From Lama guanicoe (lineage: Eukaryota): a stretch of 64,000 nt of DNA. The position numbers and the translations under genes were made by a program. The DNA lies in contig MU053629.1 in assembly GCA_013239625.1 (NCBI GenBank), positions 4,491,567-4,555,566 of the forward strand, in the 5' to 3' direction. This document shows, in pieces, positions 13,966-28,243 of this stretch (positions are counted from its first letter, which is position 1; every line of letters begins with the position of its first letter). The notes under the pieces are model-generated. The model did no database searches, was not told where the DNA came from, and saw only the letters and a list, made by a program, of their open reading frames with translations.

Positions 13966-14759
13966 TAAAGGATGCAAGATACCTTATAGATCAACTAGTC
14001 AATAGTCCTCAACCCTGGCTGCCCATTAGAACGGCCTGAGTGAGGGCCTTTACAAAGTACAGATGGTCAGGAGGGGCTGTGATTAGGTTGAGGCAACTGA
14101 GTCCAATGTCTGTTCCAATGCCCAGGCTTCTTGATAAAATGGGGAGCCAATGAGCAGTCATAATCCTGGCATGTGGTATCTTCTACCAAATCCCCAAAAT
14201 GTAATTTTCTTTTTGGTACTTCCAGTGATGAGGAGGTCACAGCTTCACAGGACAGCCATTTCCCCTACCAGACAACTCTAGTGTTAAATAATTTTCAAAA
14301 AAGGATAAAATCACACCTCTCATACAAATACAAAACTAAACACGTGATAAAGATTTTATTCAAGAGAGAATTAGGCAAATGTTATAACCAATATAAAAAG
14401 AATCCAAAAATAGACATCTATAGATCATGAACATTGAAATGAATATGCAGAGGCAAAACTGGTTTTTCCATAAGGAGAGCAAGAGAGGAAAATCAACTGA
14501 ACCTCTATCAGACTGCACAGAATTTGCTCATCTCTCAGTCACCTACAACTTAACAGAGTTTAAAAATATCTTCCCCAGAATCAAGGCAATAGGGTGTCCT
14601 ATAGACAATATACAGTTTTCCTTTGAAGTACAAATTATCTTCCACACAATAAACTGCTACTTTATTTTCCTTATTTTTTTTACCCATTCCTCTTAGAACA
14701 GTGGTTTTCAAATTTTGATATGCATGAGGATCACCCAGGAAGTGAGCTAAAAGGCAGAT

Positions 14760-15858
14760 TCCCAAAGGAAACAATAGCAAAAAAAGAAAGAAAGAAGAAA
14801 GAACAAACGAACGAACGAACCTAATTAACTTAAAAGCTTTAGCACAGCAAAGGAAACCATGGACAAAACAAAAAGACAACCTACTGATTGGGAGAAAATA
14901 TTTGCCAATGATATCACCAATAATGGGTTAACATCCAAAATATGATAAACAGCTCATACAACCCAACCTCAAAAAATAGGCAGAAGGTATTTTTCTAAAG
15001 AACACATCCAGATGGCCAATAGGCACATGAAAAGATGGTCAACATCGTTAATCATCAGAGAAATGCCAATCAAAATCACAATGAGATATACCTCTCACCT
15101 ATCAAAAGAACCACAAATAACAAATGTCGGTGAGGTTGTGGAGAAAAGGGAACCCTTGAACACTACTGGTGGGAATGTAAATTGGTACAACCACTATGGA
15201 AAATAGTATGGAGGGTCCTCAAAAGCTAAAAATAGAACTACTATGTGATCCAGCAATTCTACTCCTGGGTATATATCTGAAAAAAAAAAACACTAATTCA
15301 AAAAGATACATGCACTCCAATGTTCATAGTTGCATTATTTGTAACAGCCAAGTTAGGGAAACAACCTAAGTGTCCATCAACAGATGAATGAATAAAGAAG
15401 ATATACTGCATATGTATATATAATGGAATACTACTCAGCCATTAAAAAGAATGAAAATTTGCCATTTGCAACAACATGGATGGACTTGGAGGGTATTATG
15501 CTTAGTGAAATAAGTCAGACAGAGAAAGACAAATACTGTTTGTTATCACTTACATGTGGAATCTAAAAAATAAAACAAACTAGTGAATATAACAAAAAAG
15601 AAACAGACTCATAGAGAGCAAACTAGTGGTTACCAGTGGGGAGAGGGAAAGGGGAGGGGCAAGATAGGTATAGGGGATTAAGAGGTACAACCTATCATGT
15701 ATAAAATCAATAAACAACAAGGATATAGTATATAGTACAGGGAATCAGTCAAATTTTATGGTAACTATAAATGGAGTATAACCTTTAAAAATTATGAATC
15801 ACTACATTGTACACCTATAACTTATGTAACATAGTACATCAACTATATCTCAATACAA
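14760..15858 (+). mobile_element. L1 3' portion (ORF2 remnant + 3' UTR)
   Basis: ORF2-like [26 protein letters not shown]; 3' UTR ending ...caactatatctcaat. Confidence 0.85.
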
Positions 15859-16372
15859 AGATGCGGTGTATATATATAGAATGGAATATCATTCACCCAT
15901 GAGAAAGAAGGAAATCCTGCCATTTCTAACAACATGGATAGAATCTGAATGCATTATGCTGGGGGAGATAAGCCAGACAAAAACAAACATTGTACAATGT
16001 AACTTATATGTGGAGCCTAAAAAAGTCAAACTCATAGAAACAGAGTGTAGAATGGGAGTTACCCAGGGTGGGGGTGAGGGTGGGAATTGGGAAGACGTTG
16101 GTTAAAGGGTACAGGGATCTAATGCACAGCAAGTGATTATACTCAGCATCGTTGTACTACATACTTCAAACCCACTATGAGACTAGATTTTAAATGTTCT
16201 CACCACAAAAAAGAGATAATAATTATATGATGAGATAGAGATTTTGGCTAAAGCTACAGTGGTCAATCATATTGCAATAAACAAATACATCAAATCAACA
16301 TGCTGTACATGGGAAACTTACACAATGTTATATGTAAATTATAATCTATTATCATCTCAATTAAAAAAAAAA
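15859..16372 (+). mobile_element. Second, older L1 3' end (L1MA9-like) with A tail
   Basis: atggaatatcattca...ttctcaccacaaaaaagag...catcaaatcaacatgctgtaca...aaaaaaaaaa. Confidence 0.75.
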
Positions 16373-16551
16373 CACTGTCCTAGGACATGTCTCCTCCACA
16401 TTCTGGAGACAGCCTTCCCAAGTACGCCTCTCACAGTGTTTGCAGAGCTCTAGATTTCAATTCAGATCAGTCCAAGTGGTCTTAGTGTGTTTTCTTTCCT
16501 TTCTTTCCAATATAACATGCAATTTCTTTTCTTCCCATTCAAATTTTATAG

Positions 16552-16613
16552 GACAGACAAGGAACTGTCTTTATATTTTATGAACACCTGAAGAGAGACA
16601 AGTTGGGAATGCT
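16552..16613 (+). CDS. IQCH: IQCH coding exon (62 nt, phase 0/2): DRQGTVFIFYEHLKRDKLGM(L)
   Basis: Long pyrimidine tract + tttatag acceptor, CT/gtgagt donor; CT+A joins the next exon as Leu. Confidence 0.9.
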
Positions 16614-17695
16614 GTGAGTATGAAGTGTGTCTATGAGATGTAATAAGCTAAGAAAACAGACCGTGACAACCAACAGGAATGCCGCTTCTCATGCATTTTA
16701 ATCAGCATGCTGATTTATTGGAAGTCTATCTTGTTTTGTTCAGATCTTCAAGTATTTCATAAATTGACTTTAGGTGTGGCAGTGGGGGTTCATAAGTAAG
16801 CTGATTAATTATCCAAAATTGATGGGTAAGGGGCTAGTTTGAACAACATAGTACACTTAAAAACAAACACCTACAAGGCACAGCAAGTCTGACTGGTGAG
16901 GAACCAGCTCAGATGCCCTGACTGCAGGCAGCTGTCATTCTGGCTTGCTTAGAAAAATGCTCTGGTGACTTGGCAAGATGCTCCCCAAAAAGGCCGGGTC
17001 TGGAGCCCCTCCTCACATCCCGTTCCAGCCCTGACACAGGCTCCTCTAGACACATTTACGTTGGGAAGAGTCCTGTTGCACCACTCAGGAGGCTTCTCTG
17101 TGCTTCCTTCCTGCAAACGTCTCTCCAGGGTGTTCTGGAGGGCTGGCAAAGTTGTCTCCCCATCTAGGACTCAGAACTTTGGAGCCACAACCTTGAATTG
17201 CATTTTATTCATATGTTGGAATGTAGTTATTTGGTACATTTAAGTCATCCTGACTTATCCTTTTAACATCTACAGCATATTGAAGAGAAAAGGTGAGCAA
17301 ATATAAACTTTTCTTGTGTTGCTTGATTTTCTCTGGGGGATTAAGGAGAGGCTCTTCATGAGATGGCTGGGCTTCGTTTGGCTTTATTGCAATCAGGCCA
17401 CGTCGGGTGAGGGCTCCAGGAAGGGATGACCTTACAGACCAGAATTGTGTGGCTCGGCTTTGCTGGGATAACTTCATACTGACTCCATTATATTGGGATA
17501 TTTCCGGAAACAGTGGAATTTGAGGAGAAATTTCAAGGAAGGGAAAATGAAGGAAAGTCTACAAATGAATTACTAATAGGGAAGGGGACTTAAGAGTCCA
17601 TCCAGTTTTTTTGGTTCCCAACCTGGGAACCATGGACCTGAGGAGGCTGAGGAGGGGTGGCGAGAGGGGCTTGAATACATGTGTGGACCCAGCAT

Positions 17696-17738
17696 CACAC
17701 ACACACACACACACACGCACGCACACACACACACACAC
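17696..17738. repeat. (CA)n microsatellite
   Basis: ca run with cg interruptions. Confidence 0.9.
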
Positions 17739-18937
17739 AATTTTTTTCAAAGCATGTGTCTCAATCTTTAGTATATGTAAGAATCACCTTAGGGGGGCTT
17801 GGTGAAACAACACATTCTAGAATCCCAAACCCAGAAATTCTGATTTTATTGATCCGGATGGGGCCCAGGAATTTTTTCAGAAGCACCCAGGGTCTAATAC
17901 ATACTGATCCTGTGGCAACAAAATACAAATCACTGTTAAAAATGAATGAGTCCAAAGGTGACTTTGGCTATTACTTTTTCTATTAAAGGAAGAGATACTA
18001 ATGTTCAGTAGCTATAAGGGGTAGGGATGGGGGTCTTTGGATTTTGTGACTATAACTCAAAAAGTTTGGAAGCACTTATCTAGTCCAACTCCTTCATTTC
18101 AGAGAAAAAGAAATGACGAGCCAGAGAGCTTAAGTAACTTCCCCAAAGTCACACAGTCAGTGGCAGGACACAGAATGCTGTCTCCTGTCTTTGGGCCTGG
18201 GACGCTGCCTCCTCCCACCCCGAACCAAGGGAACGCCCAGTCAGGCTGGAAGGCAGCCATTCCAAATGGGTCCAAGCCTTAGACTCTAAGGTGACTTATT
18301 TTATAGGTAACAACTGGGAAAGAAGTAATCCCAAAGTTCTCTGCAGCTGCCTTAAGGAGCAGCTAGCTCTTTAGGTTTACCCCCTCAGGGCAGAAAAATC
18401 TAAAAAAATTAATCCACTCACTTAATCTCTTTTTTCCCTTTGATAAAATCTGAAAAAATAGCTAGAGAAATACCCTAGCACTTTGTTTCCAAGTTAAAAC
18501 TTAGAATGATCTAGTTGTCTGGGAACGTTCACTGACCGCAGTTTAATTCTGCAGGATCGTTGGCAAGCTGTCTCTGAAATCCTTACGTGCGTGTTCAGCG
18601 TCACAAAGACAGCTCTCCACAAATGGGGCACATTCTCTTCTGCACATAGATGGGGCACACTCATAAGAAGCAGGAATCACTTGTATGCGTGATAGAAAAT
18701 AAATCCTAGATGAAAGTTCCCAGAATACTGAGGTGCAAATGCCTCTGTAGGCAGATGAATTGTTAGGCACGAATTACACGCAGCAACAATTCTCCTAAAC
18801 TAACTTAATTTTTAACATGAGCTAATACTAGTGTCCTGGCTCAGTGGTAGCCTTTTGCTAGGAATGACTGAACCTATTCCTACATTCTGCTAAGTTGATT
18901 AATAAAAAATATTTATTACACAAATCCTTTTTGTTGA

Positions 18938-19225
<288 letters not shown>

Positions 19226-20310
19226 TAATTAACTAACGATCCTGGTTAATTTCTATACAAGGGCTGAAAATACCTCATGCTGTATTGTAAACAAGTGCTA
19301 AACCATTTTTTTTTCATTGTAAGCAGTACATATTTTACAATGTGCAGGGTCAATATTGTAAGGTTCCCACTGAACCCGTTAGTTAAATTTAATAGTTTGA
19401 AACTTTTTCTTTGAAATATAGTAGACTTGTTTTAACTCGCTTCCATTTCCAAATCTAAGCTTACAAGACAACAGGGCTTTTCCGGTGTTGAAGGCGAAGC
19501 TGTACCATCACAATGGAGCCGAAACAGAGACTATCACAACCAAAAATCCTGAATATAATCTACCTATATTTCAGAAAATACAGCGTCTGGCTAAGGATTC
19601 CTGGGAAGCCCACGTTTCTAAAGTCAGAGAAGTTCCGAGACCCCAGGAAGGACAGTGTGTGTAGGGAGAAGCAGAAGAAAACCTCAGCGTATATGTGAGC
19701 CACCTGCTCCTCCCCATTTCGCCAAAGTGGGACAGGTGTTCCATCACTAACCTTTTGAAGCTCCCAAACGTCCTTTAAAGATGTTGGTTCAGGAAACCTA
19801 GTCATGTGTAATTGACTACAAGTCTGCAAACTCTAGAAAACAGGAGCAAGATCTGTCGGAAGGTTTTTAAAGTACCAGCTGAACAGAGACAAACACTTGG
19901 TATTGATCACCAGAGTGTGCACCTGGTTCCCAGTCTAAGCCTTCATCATGTTTGAATGGGTCGCGTAACTCAAGGGATTCAATCAGAAATCACATGTGAT
20001 TTTTCTCTTCAGTGGAAAACCCGACAAAAAGCTTGATAAAATAAACTTTTTGACTACATTTTTCTCCTTGAACTATGCCTGGTCCCTCTAGTAACAGTAA
20101 TAATGATAATAATGCTTTGTTCTTCAATGTGGTTTTATGTGTTGCATCAACTTTCACTGGTCCTAAAGGATCTATGCTCATCACTTATATTCTAAGTTCC
20201 TGCCTGCTAGCATCATTTCATCTGTTACTGTGATGTGCAAAATTCTGAGCCTGTGTGCACACGATCAGTTTAGTCTGTCCAAATACTAGCTAATAGTCAC
20301 AATCAGATGG

Positions 20311-20744
20311 TGGTGTGGACTGAAGTGTGTCCTCCCAAAATCCATGTGTTAAACTCTTCATCCTTGATGTGACGATTTACGAAGATGGGGACTTTGGGAA
20401 GTAACTACATTTAAATGAGGTCAGAATGGTGGGCTCCTCATGGTGGGAAGAGTGCCCTTGTAAGAGACCAGAGAGCTTGTGCTTGTGCACTCTCTCTCTC
20501 TCTCTCTCTCTCACTGTTAATCTCTCTCTCCCTCCCTGTCTCTCTCTTTCTCTCTTTCCACACCATCTGAAGATACAGCAAAAAGACTGCTGTCTGCAAA
20601 CTAGGAAGAGAGCTCTTCCCAGGAACTGAATCAGCTAACACCTTGACCTTGGACTTCCCAGCCTCCAGAAATGTGCAAAATAAATTGTTGTTAAGCCACC
20701 CTGTCTATGGTATTTTGTTCTAGCAGCCTGGGCAGACTAAGACA
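20311..20744 (+). mobile_element. MLT1A-like solo LTR with internal (CT)n
   Basis: tggtgtggactgaagtgtgtcctcccaaaatcc ... tattttgttctagcagcctgggcagactaagaca; 5-bp TSD-like gatgg/gatga. Confidence 0.85.
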
Positions 20745-21179
20745 GATGATTTATCCCCCAAACCACACAGAGTTAGTAGACTCCGAGCATGGACTTGAGG
20801 TTGGCAGAGCCAACTACTGTTGACAAAATAAAGGCTCTTTCTCTGCCCTTTGTCTGAAGGGCAAAATCAAGTCAAAATCATCAAAAGTCATATGCTCTTA
20901 AGTAGCTTTTAAATATCTCATGGTTTCTAGCCTTCTCATGTGAATCATTGTTATCTTGATTTTTTTTTACACTTGCTAGAAAGTCTAAAGGTAAGAAGTT
21001 TAAATCTCAACAAAATTGGAATAATTGTTTTAAACTTGAAAAGTAGATAAGATTTGTTTTTGGTCGTATTTGGTATTTGGTAGCATTTTCTATCTACAAA
21101 CCTAATGACAGTCTAATAAGGATTTTCAGCTTGTAAACAAGGATTTACTAGCAAAGTAAAGGCTGAATGAAAATGGTAG

Positions 21180-22805
21180 GTGATGCAGAAAAAGCGTTTA
21201 ACAAAATCTAACACCATTTCTTGATAAAAACACTCAAACAAACTAGGAATAAAAAGTAACTGCCTTAACCTGATAAGGGCACCTAGGAAAACCCCACAGC
21301 TAACGTTATAGTTAATGGTGCAAGACTGAAAGCTTTCCCTCCAAGATCAGGAGCAAGACAAGGATATCTGCTCTCACCGCTTCTATTCATCATTGTAGTG
21401 GAGGTTCCAGCCAGGGCAGTTGGGCAAGAAAAAGAAATAAAAGGCATCCAGATTGGAAAGAAGGAAGCAAAATTATCTCTGCTCACAGCAGGCATGATCT
21501 TATACATAGAAAATCCTAAGGAACCAAGAAACAATCTATTAAGAGTTTTTAAATAAATTCAGCAAGGTTGCAAGACTCAAGATCAATATACCAGATCAAT
21601 TATATCTCTATACAATAGCAATGAATAATCAAAAAGTAATTTTAAATCAATTTTTGAATAATCAAAAACTAATTTTAAATCAATTTTTTAAAAATCAAAA
21701 AGAAAAAAATATTTAGAAATAAGTTTAACAGAAAAAGTATAAGACCTATCCACTGAAAACTGTAAAACATCATAAAAGAAAGGAGACCTAAGTAAATGGA
21801 AAGATATTCTGTGTTCATGGAATGGAAGACTTAACATTGTTAAAAAGGCAGTACTCTCCAAATTGATCCACAGAGTCAATGCAAGTTCTATCAAAATCCC
21901 AGCTGGCTTTATTGCAGAAACTGACAAGGCAATCCTAAAATTCATGTGGAAATGCAAGAGACTCAGAATAGTCAAAATAACCTTGAAAAAGAAGAACCAA
22001 GTTAGAGGGCTTCTCAATATTAAAACTTACTACAAAGCTACAGTAATCAAGACTGTGTGATACTATCATAAGAACAGACATATAGATCAATGGAGTAGAA
22101 CTGAGAGTCCAAAAGACACTCCTTCATTTACAGGCAACTGGTTTTCAACAAGGGTGTCAAAACTATTTAATGGGAAAAGAACAGTCTTTTTGACAAATGA
22201 TGCTGGGACAAGTGGATATCCACATATAAATGAATGAAGTTATACCTCTCTATTCTATAGCACATACAAAAATTAAGTAAAAATGGATCAAAGACACAAG
22301 TGTAAGAGCTAAAGCTGTTAAACTCTTAGAAGAAAACACAGGTATAAATCTTCATCACCTTGTGGCTAGCGATGGCTTCTTAGGCATAATACCTAAAGTG
22401 CAACCAACCAAAGTGAAAATAGGTATAATATAATGAAATATTATTTAGCCATAAAGAGGAAATTAAGTTCTGATCCACGTTACAACATGGATGAACCTTG
22501 AAAACATTATGCTAAGACACAAGAGGCCACATATTGTATGACTGCATTTACATGAAATATCCAGGTAGGCAAATCATTAATGAGATAGAAAAGAGATTAG
22601 AGGTTGCCAGGAGCCAGGAGAGGGAGAAAATGGGGAATGGCAGCTAATGGGTATAAAGTTTATACTTGGGGTGATGAAAATGTCTTGGAATAACATACTA
22701 GTGGTGGTTGCTTATGAATATACTAAAACCACTGAATTATTCATTTTATAAGGGTGTATTTTATGGTATAGGAATTCTACCTCAATAAAAAATAACTAAA
22801 TAAAA
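21180..22805 (+). mobile_element. Degenerate L1 (ORF2 RT/C-terminal remnant joined near 22420 to an L1MB-like 3' end)
   Basis: gatgcagaaaaagcgtttaacaaaat; aagatcaggagcaagacaaggat; peptide KAILKFMWKCKRLRIVK...KTYYKATVIKTV. Confidence 0.85.
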
Positions 22806-22896
22806 TAAAATGGAAAGGTGCCATTTTTTCTCCCCAAAACCAGTGGAAATAAATACTCCCATCAGCCTACTAGCCTTCATTCCAGGCTGACTAGAC

Positions 22897-23195
22897 CAGT
22901 GGACCTCAAATTATACGTAGTGAAGGACCTGTTTGTTTTGTTTTTTTCCGACCTATAGTGAGTGGATCAATACTTTTGTAAAATACAACAAAATGAATTC
23001 CTAGAAAAATGAAATGAAAAAACTGAAGACACATGAAATAGGAGCATATTTTTTATTATTAGATTTAATAGACATAAAAATTTCTATAAAGGCTTCCAAA
23101 TTCTTACTCTCAATCTTTTTGCTTATTTCATTAAGACTGATAACCAACAATTTTAGAGGGGTGCTGGTTAGTGGAAAACACTTTGAGTAGAACTG
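22897..23195. mobile_element. hAT-Charlie-type DNA transposon relic
   Basis: Termini cagtggacctcaaa ... ctttgagtagaactg in a ctaga/tcta target context. Confidence 0.55.
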
Positions 23196-23303
23196 TTCTA
23201 CACCATACTTAACTCCAAAAAGGAGCAAAAGCTTGAGGGGCTGGGTGGAAGACTTGTAATAAGTTTTTAAGTAACAAGGATTATTTTTACTGTTCATTTA
23301 CAG

Positions 23304-23411
23304 ACCACCATTGATGACATTGAAGACATTCTAGGAGTAACAGAGGAAAACAAAATTAGATTTGAAGAAAAGCTAGAGTCCAAAGATGATAAAAAAAAAA
23401 AATCTCTCTAA
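23304..23411 (+). CDS. IQCH: IQCH terminal coding exon: TTIDDIEDILGVTEENKIRFEEKLESKDDKKKKSL* as written (with one fewer A: ...KKKNLSKPDK*, TGA 23422-23424)
   Basis: tttacag acceptor, phase 0 from 19216; matches recalled human TTIADIETILRVTKENKMRFEE... Confidence 0.88.
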   Translation, partial: TTIDDIEDILGVTEENKIRFEEKLESKDDKKKKSL

Positions 23412-23499
23412 ACCTGACAAATGAATGATCCTGGAATACATTACTGATTTTTCATTCCAACCTGGAGCCAAAAAAGGCAACATTTATTTTGCTATTAGG

Positions 23500-23505
23500 A
23501 ATAAA
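23500..23505 (+). promoter_or_regulatory. IQCH: Candidate IQCH polyadenylation signal AATAAA
   Basis: First AATAAA, about 90 nt after the stop; ATTAAA also at 23647-23652. Confidence 0.5.
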
Positions 23506-25714
23506 AGGTGGGGGAAGTCAGTTTGCTTTGTTTGCTAGGAGGTGTATTAGAACAGATTATAATGTAATTCTTTTTAGAAAAAATTTTATTAAGTGATATT
23601 ATTTTACTTATTAGACCAAAACCTATTTGCGTTTTCATTTGAAAGTATTAAACAATCTCTTCCTCTTCTCAAACTCAGGAAGAAATAATTTGTCAAAAAA
23701 GTTACAAGGCTTACTATTATCACTTCTGCCTCTACTGCTTTGTAAATTTCAGGATTACGGAGCTTTTTTTTTTTTTTAATGTTTTATAAAGTTGTTTCCC
23801 TCCTATTTCCAATAGTAATTTGTCTTCTGCATTTAAAAAATTGAATAAAGGCTTAATCATCGCTATTTGGCAAAACACAATGTCTTTTTTTCCAAGAAAA
23901 CTCCTTTTATATGGATTTTTAGAGTGACCCTTTATCAATTATTGTATTTTTATTGTACCAAGCCACTACTGTTTGTTGTTACCATTTTTCAAAAAGTAAG
24001 ATAAGCCAACATCTAGTTAACTAAAGCACAAGAATGTATCTAGGTGGCAGTATCTGCTCTTAGTTTGGGACAGAGTAACTCAGCTCTAGCTTGAATAAAC
24101 ATTTGTATTCTCTAGTTCTCCATTTAATACAGCAGTAGTGTTTTTACAAGCTCAATTCAACAGTACCTTTTAAAGGGTAAATTGTTAAAATTATGCAGTG
24201 TTGATACTAACTCTGAGCATTTGCTTGTAATTATAATTGTTCAAAATATTTCTACATCATCCAGCTTTACTGAAGGGTGAAATATGCAAGTCACAACACC
24301 AAAATCACAGAGCTGTTTTAAAGAATGGCCTTTTATATCTTTAAAAATATCTGAATGTGTTGAGGAAAAGAGGGGCGTTTATTACCTATGGAATTCCAAT
24401 AATGTGTTAACTATGCCTCAGCCATAGGTTGAGTTTCTGCAATAAAATTAACGTGTGTGTGTGTGTGTGAGCTCTTATTTTGCTATAGTTGGAAATACAT
24501 TAGCTAGCCAGGTTTCCTGCCTGGGCTAGGTACAACGATGACCTCTTTTTCTTGCCAGATCGCTCTAATCCATATGAGGGGCCCACTGTCCAGACACTTG
24601 ACGGATAGGAAGTACTACATGCCCATTAGAGTCTCGCCTCGATTGAAGCCAGAGCAACATAAGGTCCAAGAGACTCATTAGTTCACTGGCACAATCGTGT
24701 CCTGAGAGTAAATGAAACCCTCTGTCTCCTTATGGCTCTCATCTGCTCAGGACTTTAAAAGAAAACTGTCTCTGTTTTGTTCAGCACAGCAGTGGATCTT
24801 TCACATGGTGAGATTCCCTTTCTTAACAGCACAAAACTGCTAAATCAATCAGGGAAGTTTTATATGTGAATTTTGATTAGCACTCTTGAGCCTCAAGCTG
24901 CTGGCAGTAGTAAAATGAGTTCACTCTCTGGTACCTTTTTTGTTTGTTTGTTTGTTTTTTGGTTTTTTACCCACATGATCGGTTTCTCAAACAATGCATT
25001 CTCTTTCGCCTCTGTCATTAACATATACCACAGAATGCCTGTTTCCAAATTCAGGCCATACATTCAGATTTAGTTCTCACCAGAAAGTTGACTGGGAGTC
25101 AGGTCCTCTACCTAAAAAGCTACGGCTTCAAAAACCAGAGGAGAAAAATTGGTATAATAAAACAATCACTTCAAGTAATTAAGGGAAAGAAGCCAGAGGA
25201 CCAGATTAAATTAGTGAAATGTTTTAATTACAGAACATTTGAAAAGAAGACAGTCCATTATCTTTTAGCATATATGTATAGCAAAGATACTGTGCTATCA
25301 GTAAACTAAGGAAAGTTTGAAAAAAAAAGTGTATGTGTACGATGTATCCAAAACATAAATTAATCAAGACAAATTAATGAACTTTCACCATTCTAAATAG
25401 GAAACTGAAATCTTTGTCGATAAGAGGATTTTTTTTAAATGATGTGCCATTTTCCCAGATTTTGGGAGAAGCATACATTTGACAGTAGAGCTATCTTTGC
25501 ATGAGAAAGGATCCACTGTTTAATATGGAATGTTTGGGATGGGTTGAGAAGCAAATTTTACTAGTCATTTAGGAGCTCACTATTGGATGGTAAGTATCTC
25601 CCTTCACATACTACCTATTTTATACTGATTTTAAAGAAACCAGATTGATGATATTTAATGACAAATTGTGCTGCCTACTTCCCTACCTTCCACTATTTAC
25701 TTACATTTACCTTT

Positions 25715-25925
25715 TATTGAACACATTACTGGCTAGGTGGGTACTGTACTCGAAGCTTTATATACGTTCTTTTGTTGCATCTTTCCAACAACCCCGTTAG
25801 GAAAATACTACTCCTGCCCTCGTTTTACATGAGGGAACTGAGATGTAGTGAGGGTATCTCACTCCATGTTTCAGGCTAAATTAAAAAAAAATGGGATTTA
25901 AACTCTTTTACCACAAATCCTACCT
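25715..25925 (-). mobile_element. MIR SINE
   Basis: ttattgaacacattact...gttttacatgagggaactgaga...gggatttaaactc. Confidence 0.55.
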
Positions 25926-28243
25926 TTTTGTATAACGTAGAAAGTTCAATTTCCCTTGTCCCAGATCGTGCAAAGGACTTACAGTCTTTAATAACACATT
26001 CTAGTGTGTTGCTTAAAAGAAGTTTAATTTACATGTTTACTGCTAATAACATAAATGTGGACAACTCACAGCACTGTGAAGCATCACAACTATATGACTG
26101 GAGAAATCAGAAGAAATGGTGTCTGTGGAAACTCTTATGGTGTTGGATCTTTAAGACTTTGGTGGAAGACTGATGATGGGAAGGTACCGGAGAGTTTGAA
26201 AGCTGGGAAATCATGCCTTATAGTTTTACTCAAAAGATGGATACTAAGTCAAGGAACTGGGGGAAGGTTAAGAAAGGACTTGCAACAAGATGTAAAAGTA
26301 ACCTGGGAGGAGTTTGAGGAGCATTACTTTAGCTATATCATCTTAAATAGGATTGCAAGCATCCTATTTTCAAGTATGAAAATATGCATTTTGTCCTAAG
26401 TAATATATTAGTAACCATCTGATAGCTTTAACAATTAACAACCATTTGTATTTATCTGGCACCTTTCTTCTAAAGAGCTTAAAGCACTTTACATTTGTTA
26501 TCTCATTAATTCCCAACACTGTCCCTGTGGGGAAGGTAGTAAGTATTTTAACATTTAAATGTTTATCTTTCAGAATTTCACAAGCTTACATTAATTATAT
26601 TTCCAAAAATGTAAATGTTCATTAGTTTTATTATACTGTTCCTCTGGCTTTAATGTGCACAGCAAATTTGTTCAACTCTTTAAATGCACTAATCATAGTA
26701 AATCTTATTTGGAAAAATAGAAATTAAGTTGCCAGGATAATGTGAGGGCAGAGGTTGCTGGGAAGAAGGAAGCATCTGACTTTGCCTTTCTCACTGGAAG
26801 AAGTTTGGTCCCATCCATTCAAAGTGCTGATGAAATGAATGCACTGTGGGTCTTCTGTATCTTTTCTGTATCCCAGTCTTTCCAAAAGGTGTACCTCTGG
26901 AATATAAGGACTGTGTCTAAAAGCCTGAGGCAGATTGAGCTACTATTCACATCTTTGTTTTGTTGATGAGTTCATTGATGTGGAACAGAAAACTGAGGCA
27001 TTCTATTAGGAGTTACATCCCAAAGAGTCACAGAATAAAAAGGACCAGAACCTTGTCTCTCCAGTCCTCCGTCTCTCTGAGCTGGCCATCCCTTTCCCAA
27101 TTTTCTAACTAGAAAATGGCAGATAGTTTATACCTACCTGCTCCTTAGGGAAGCAGCAGAGATTGATTGGCCAATGTTGGGAAAGTCTCAAAGACGAAGC
27201 ATTCTGCATAAATGTTTAAGTATTATTATTACACTGCAACTTCCAATGGAAGTTCTAACTTTGAAATGTGATTATACACTTTCCAAAGAAATCCTTTCAT
27301 AACCACATATATAGGTTTATTTTTCACTCTAACAGTCTAACTCATGGTTATGAAACTTTATTGCACTTGATGGAGGGCCCTGGCTTTTATTAGTTTTGAA
27401 CTGCTGGTTTCTGGAGTATTTATGTAAATGAGGGAAAGATACCAAAACAGTAAATAATAAGCATGTCCCTGCTGTTTAAAAATCTGTTGGTAAAAACAAC
27501 TTTTGTTTTGTTATAAGAAGACCCTAAATGTAGCACAGAGGAATACAGCTTTGGCATCTCTGCGTGTGTGTTTTTGGTTTGGGGAGTTTGATGACGGTGG
27601 TTCCCCTCAGGCATTTCTTTACCTTTCTGTAAACATTTTGCTTCACTTCCTCATTTGTCACCATATATATCATGTATGTGTGTGTATGTATGTATGGAGA
27701 GAGAGGGAAGTGAGTAAAATGCTACATTTTAAGATTTTTTTTATTTAACAAAAATGTTAAAAAGTATACCAGATGGCTAATTATAGCTCCCAGAAACAAA
27801 AGGCCACACCTAAGTTTACTGCAGTTGCCTCATAAGTAATGTTGTGATGAAATCATGGTTCCATAAACTTGACAACAAAACGGCAGACCTTCCATTGGTT
27901 GCAAAATAAACTTCAACTTCAAATTCAAATTTTAAAGATTTATGCCACTTTCCTTCCCAGCAAAGAACACTAAATACTTGTTTTGCAATCATGGAAGAAC
28001 TCAAAATTATCTAACAACATACACGTTATCTCCAGATTCCCTTTACTATGCCTTTCTACTCATTAGCTTGGGTTTTTTTCCCCCAAATTGAAGATCTATA
28101 GCCACATTCCTAAGCCAAAAATGATAGATCATTTGCAACAATAATAAAAAATCAGAAAAGTCTAAATGTTCAAAAATAAAGAGTATTACTTAAAAATTAT
28201 AAATAGCTACATAAAGGACCTCTATATAGCCATTTAGAAAATC

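Noticed and set aside
24036..24054. CTCF-like motif (tctaggtggcag) downstream of IQCH
   Set aside because: Only the 3' half matches the consensus; it cannot be supported without PWM scoring or ChIP.
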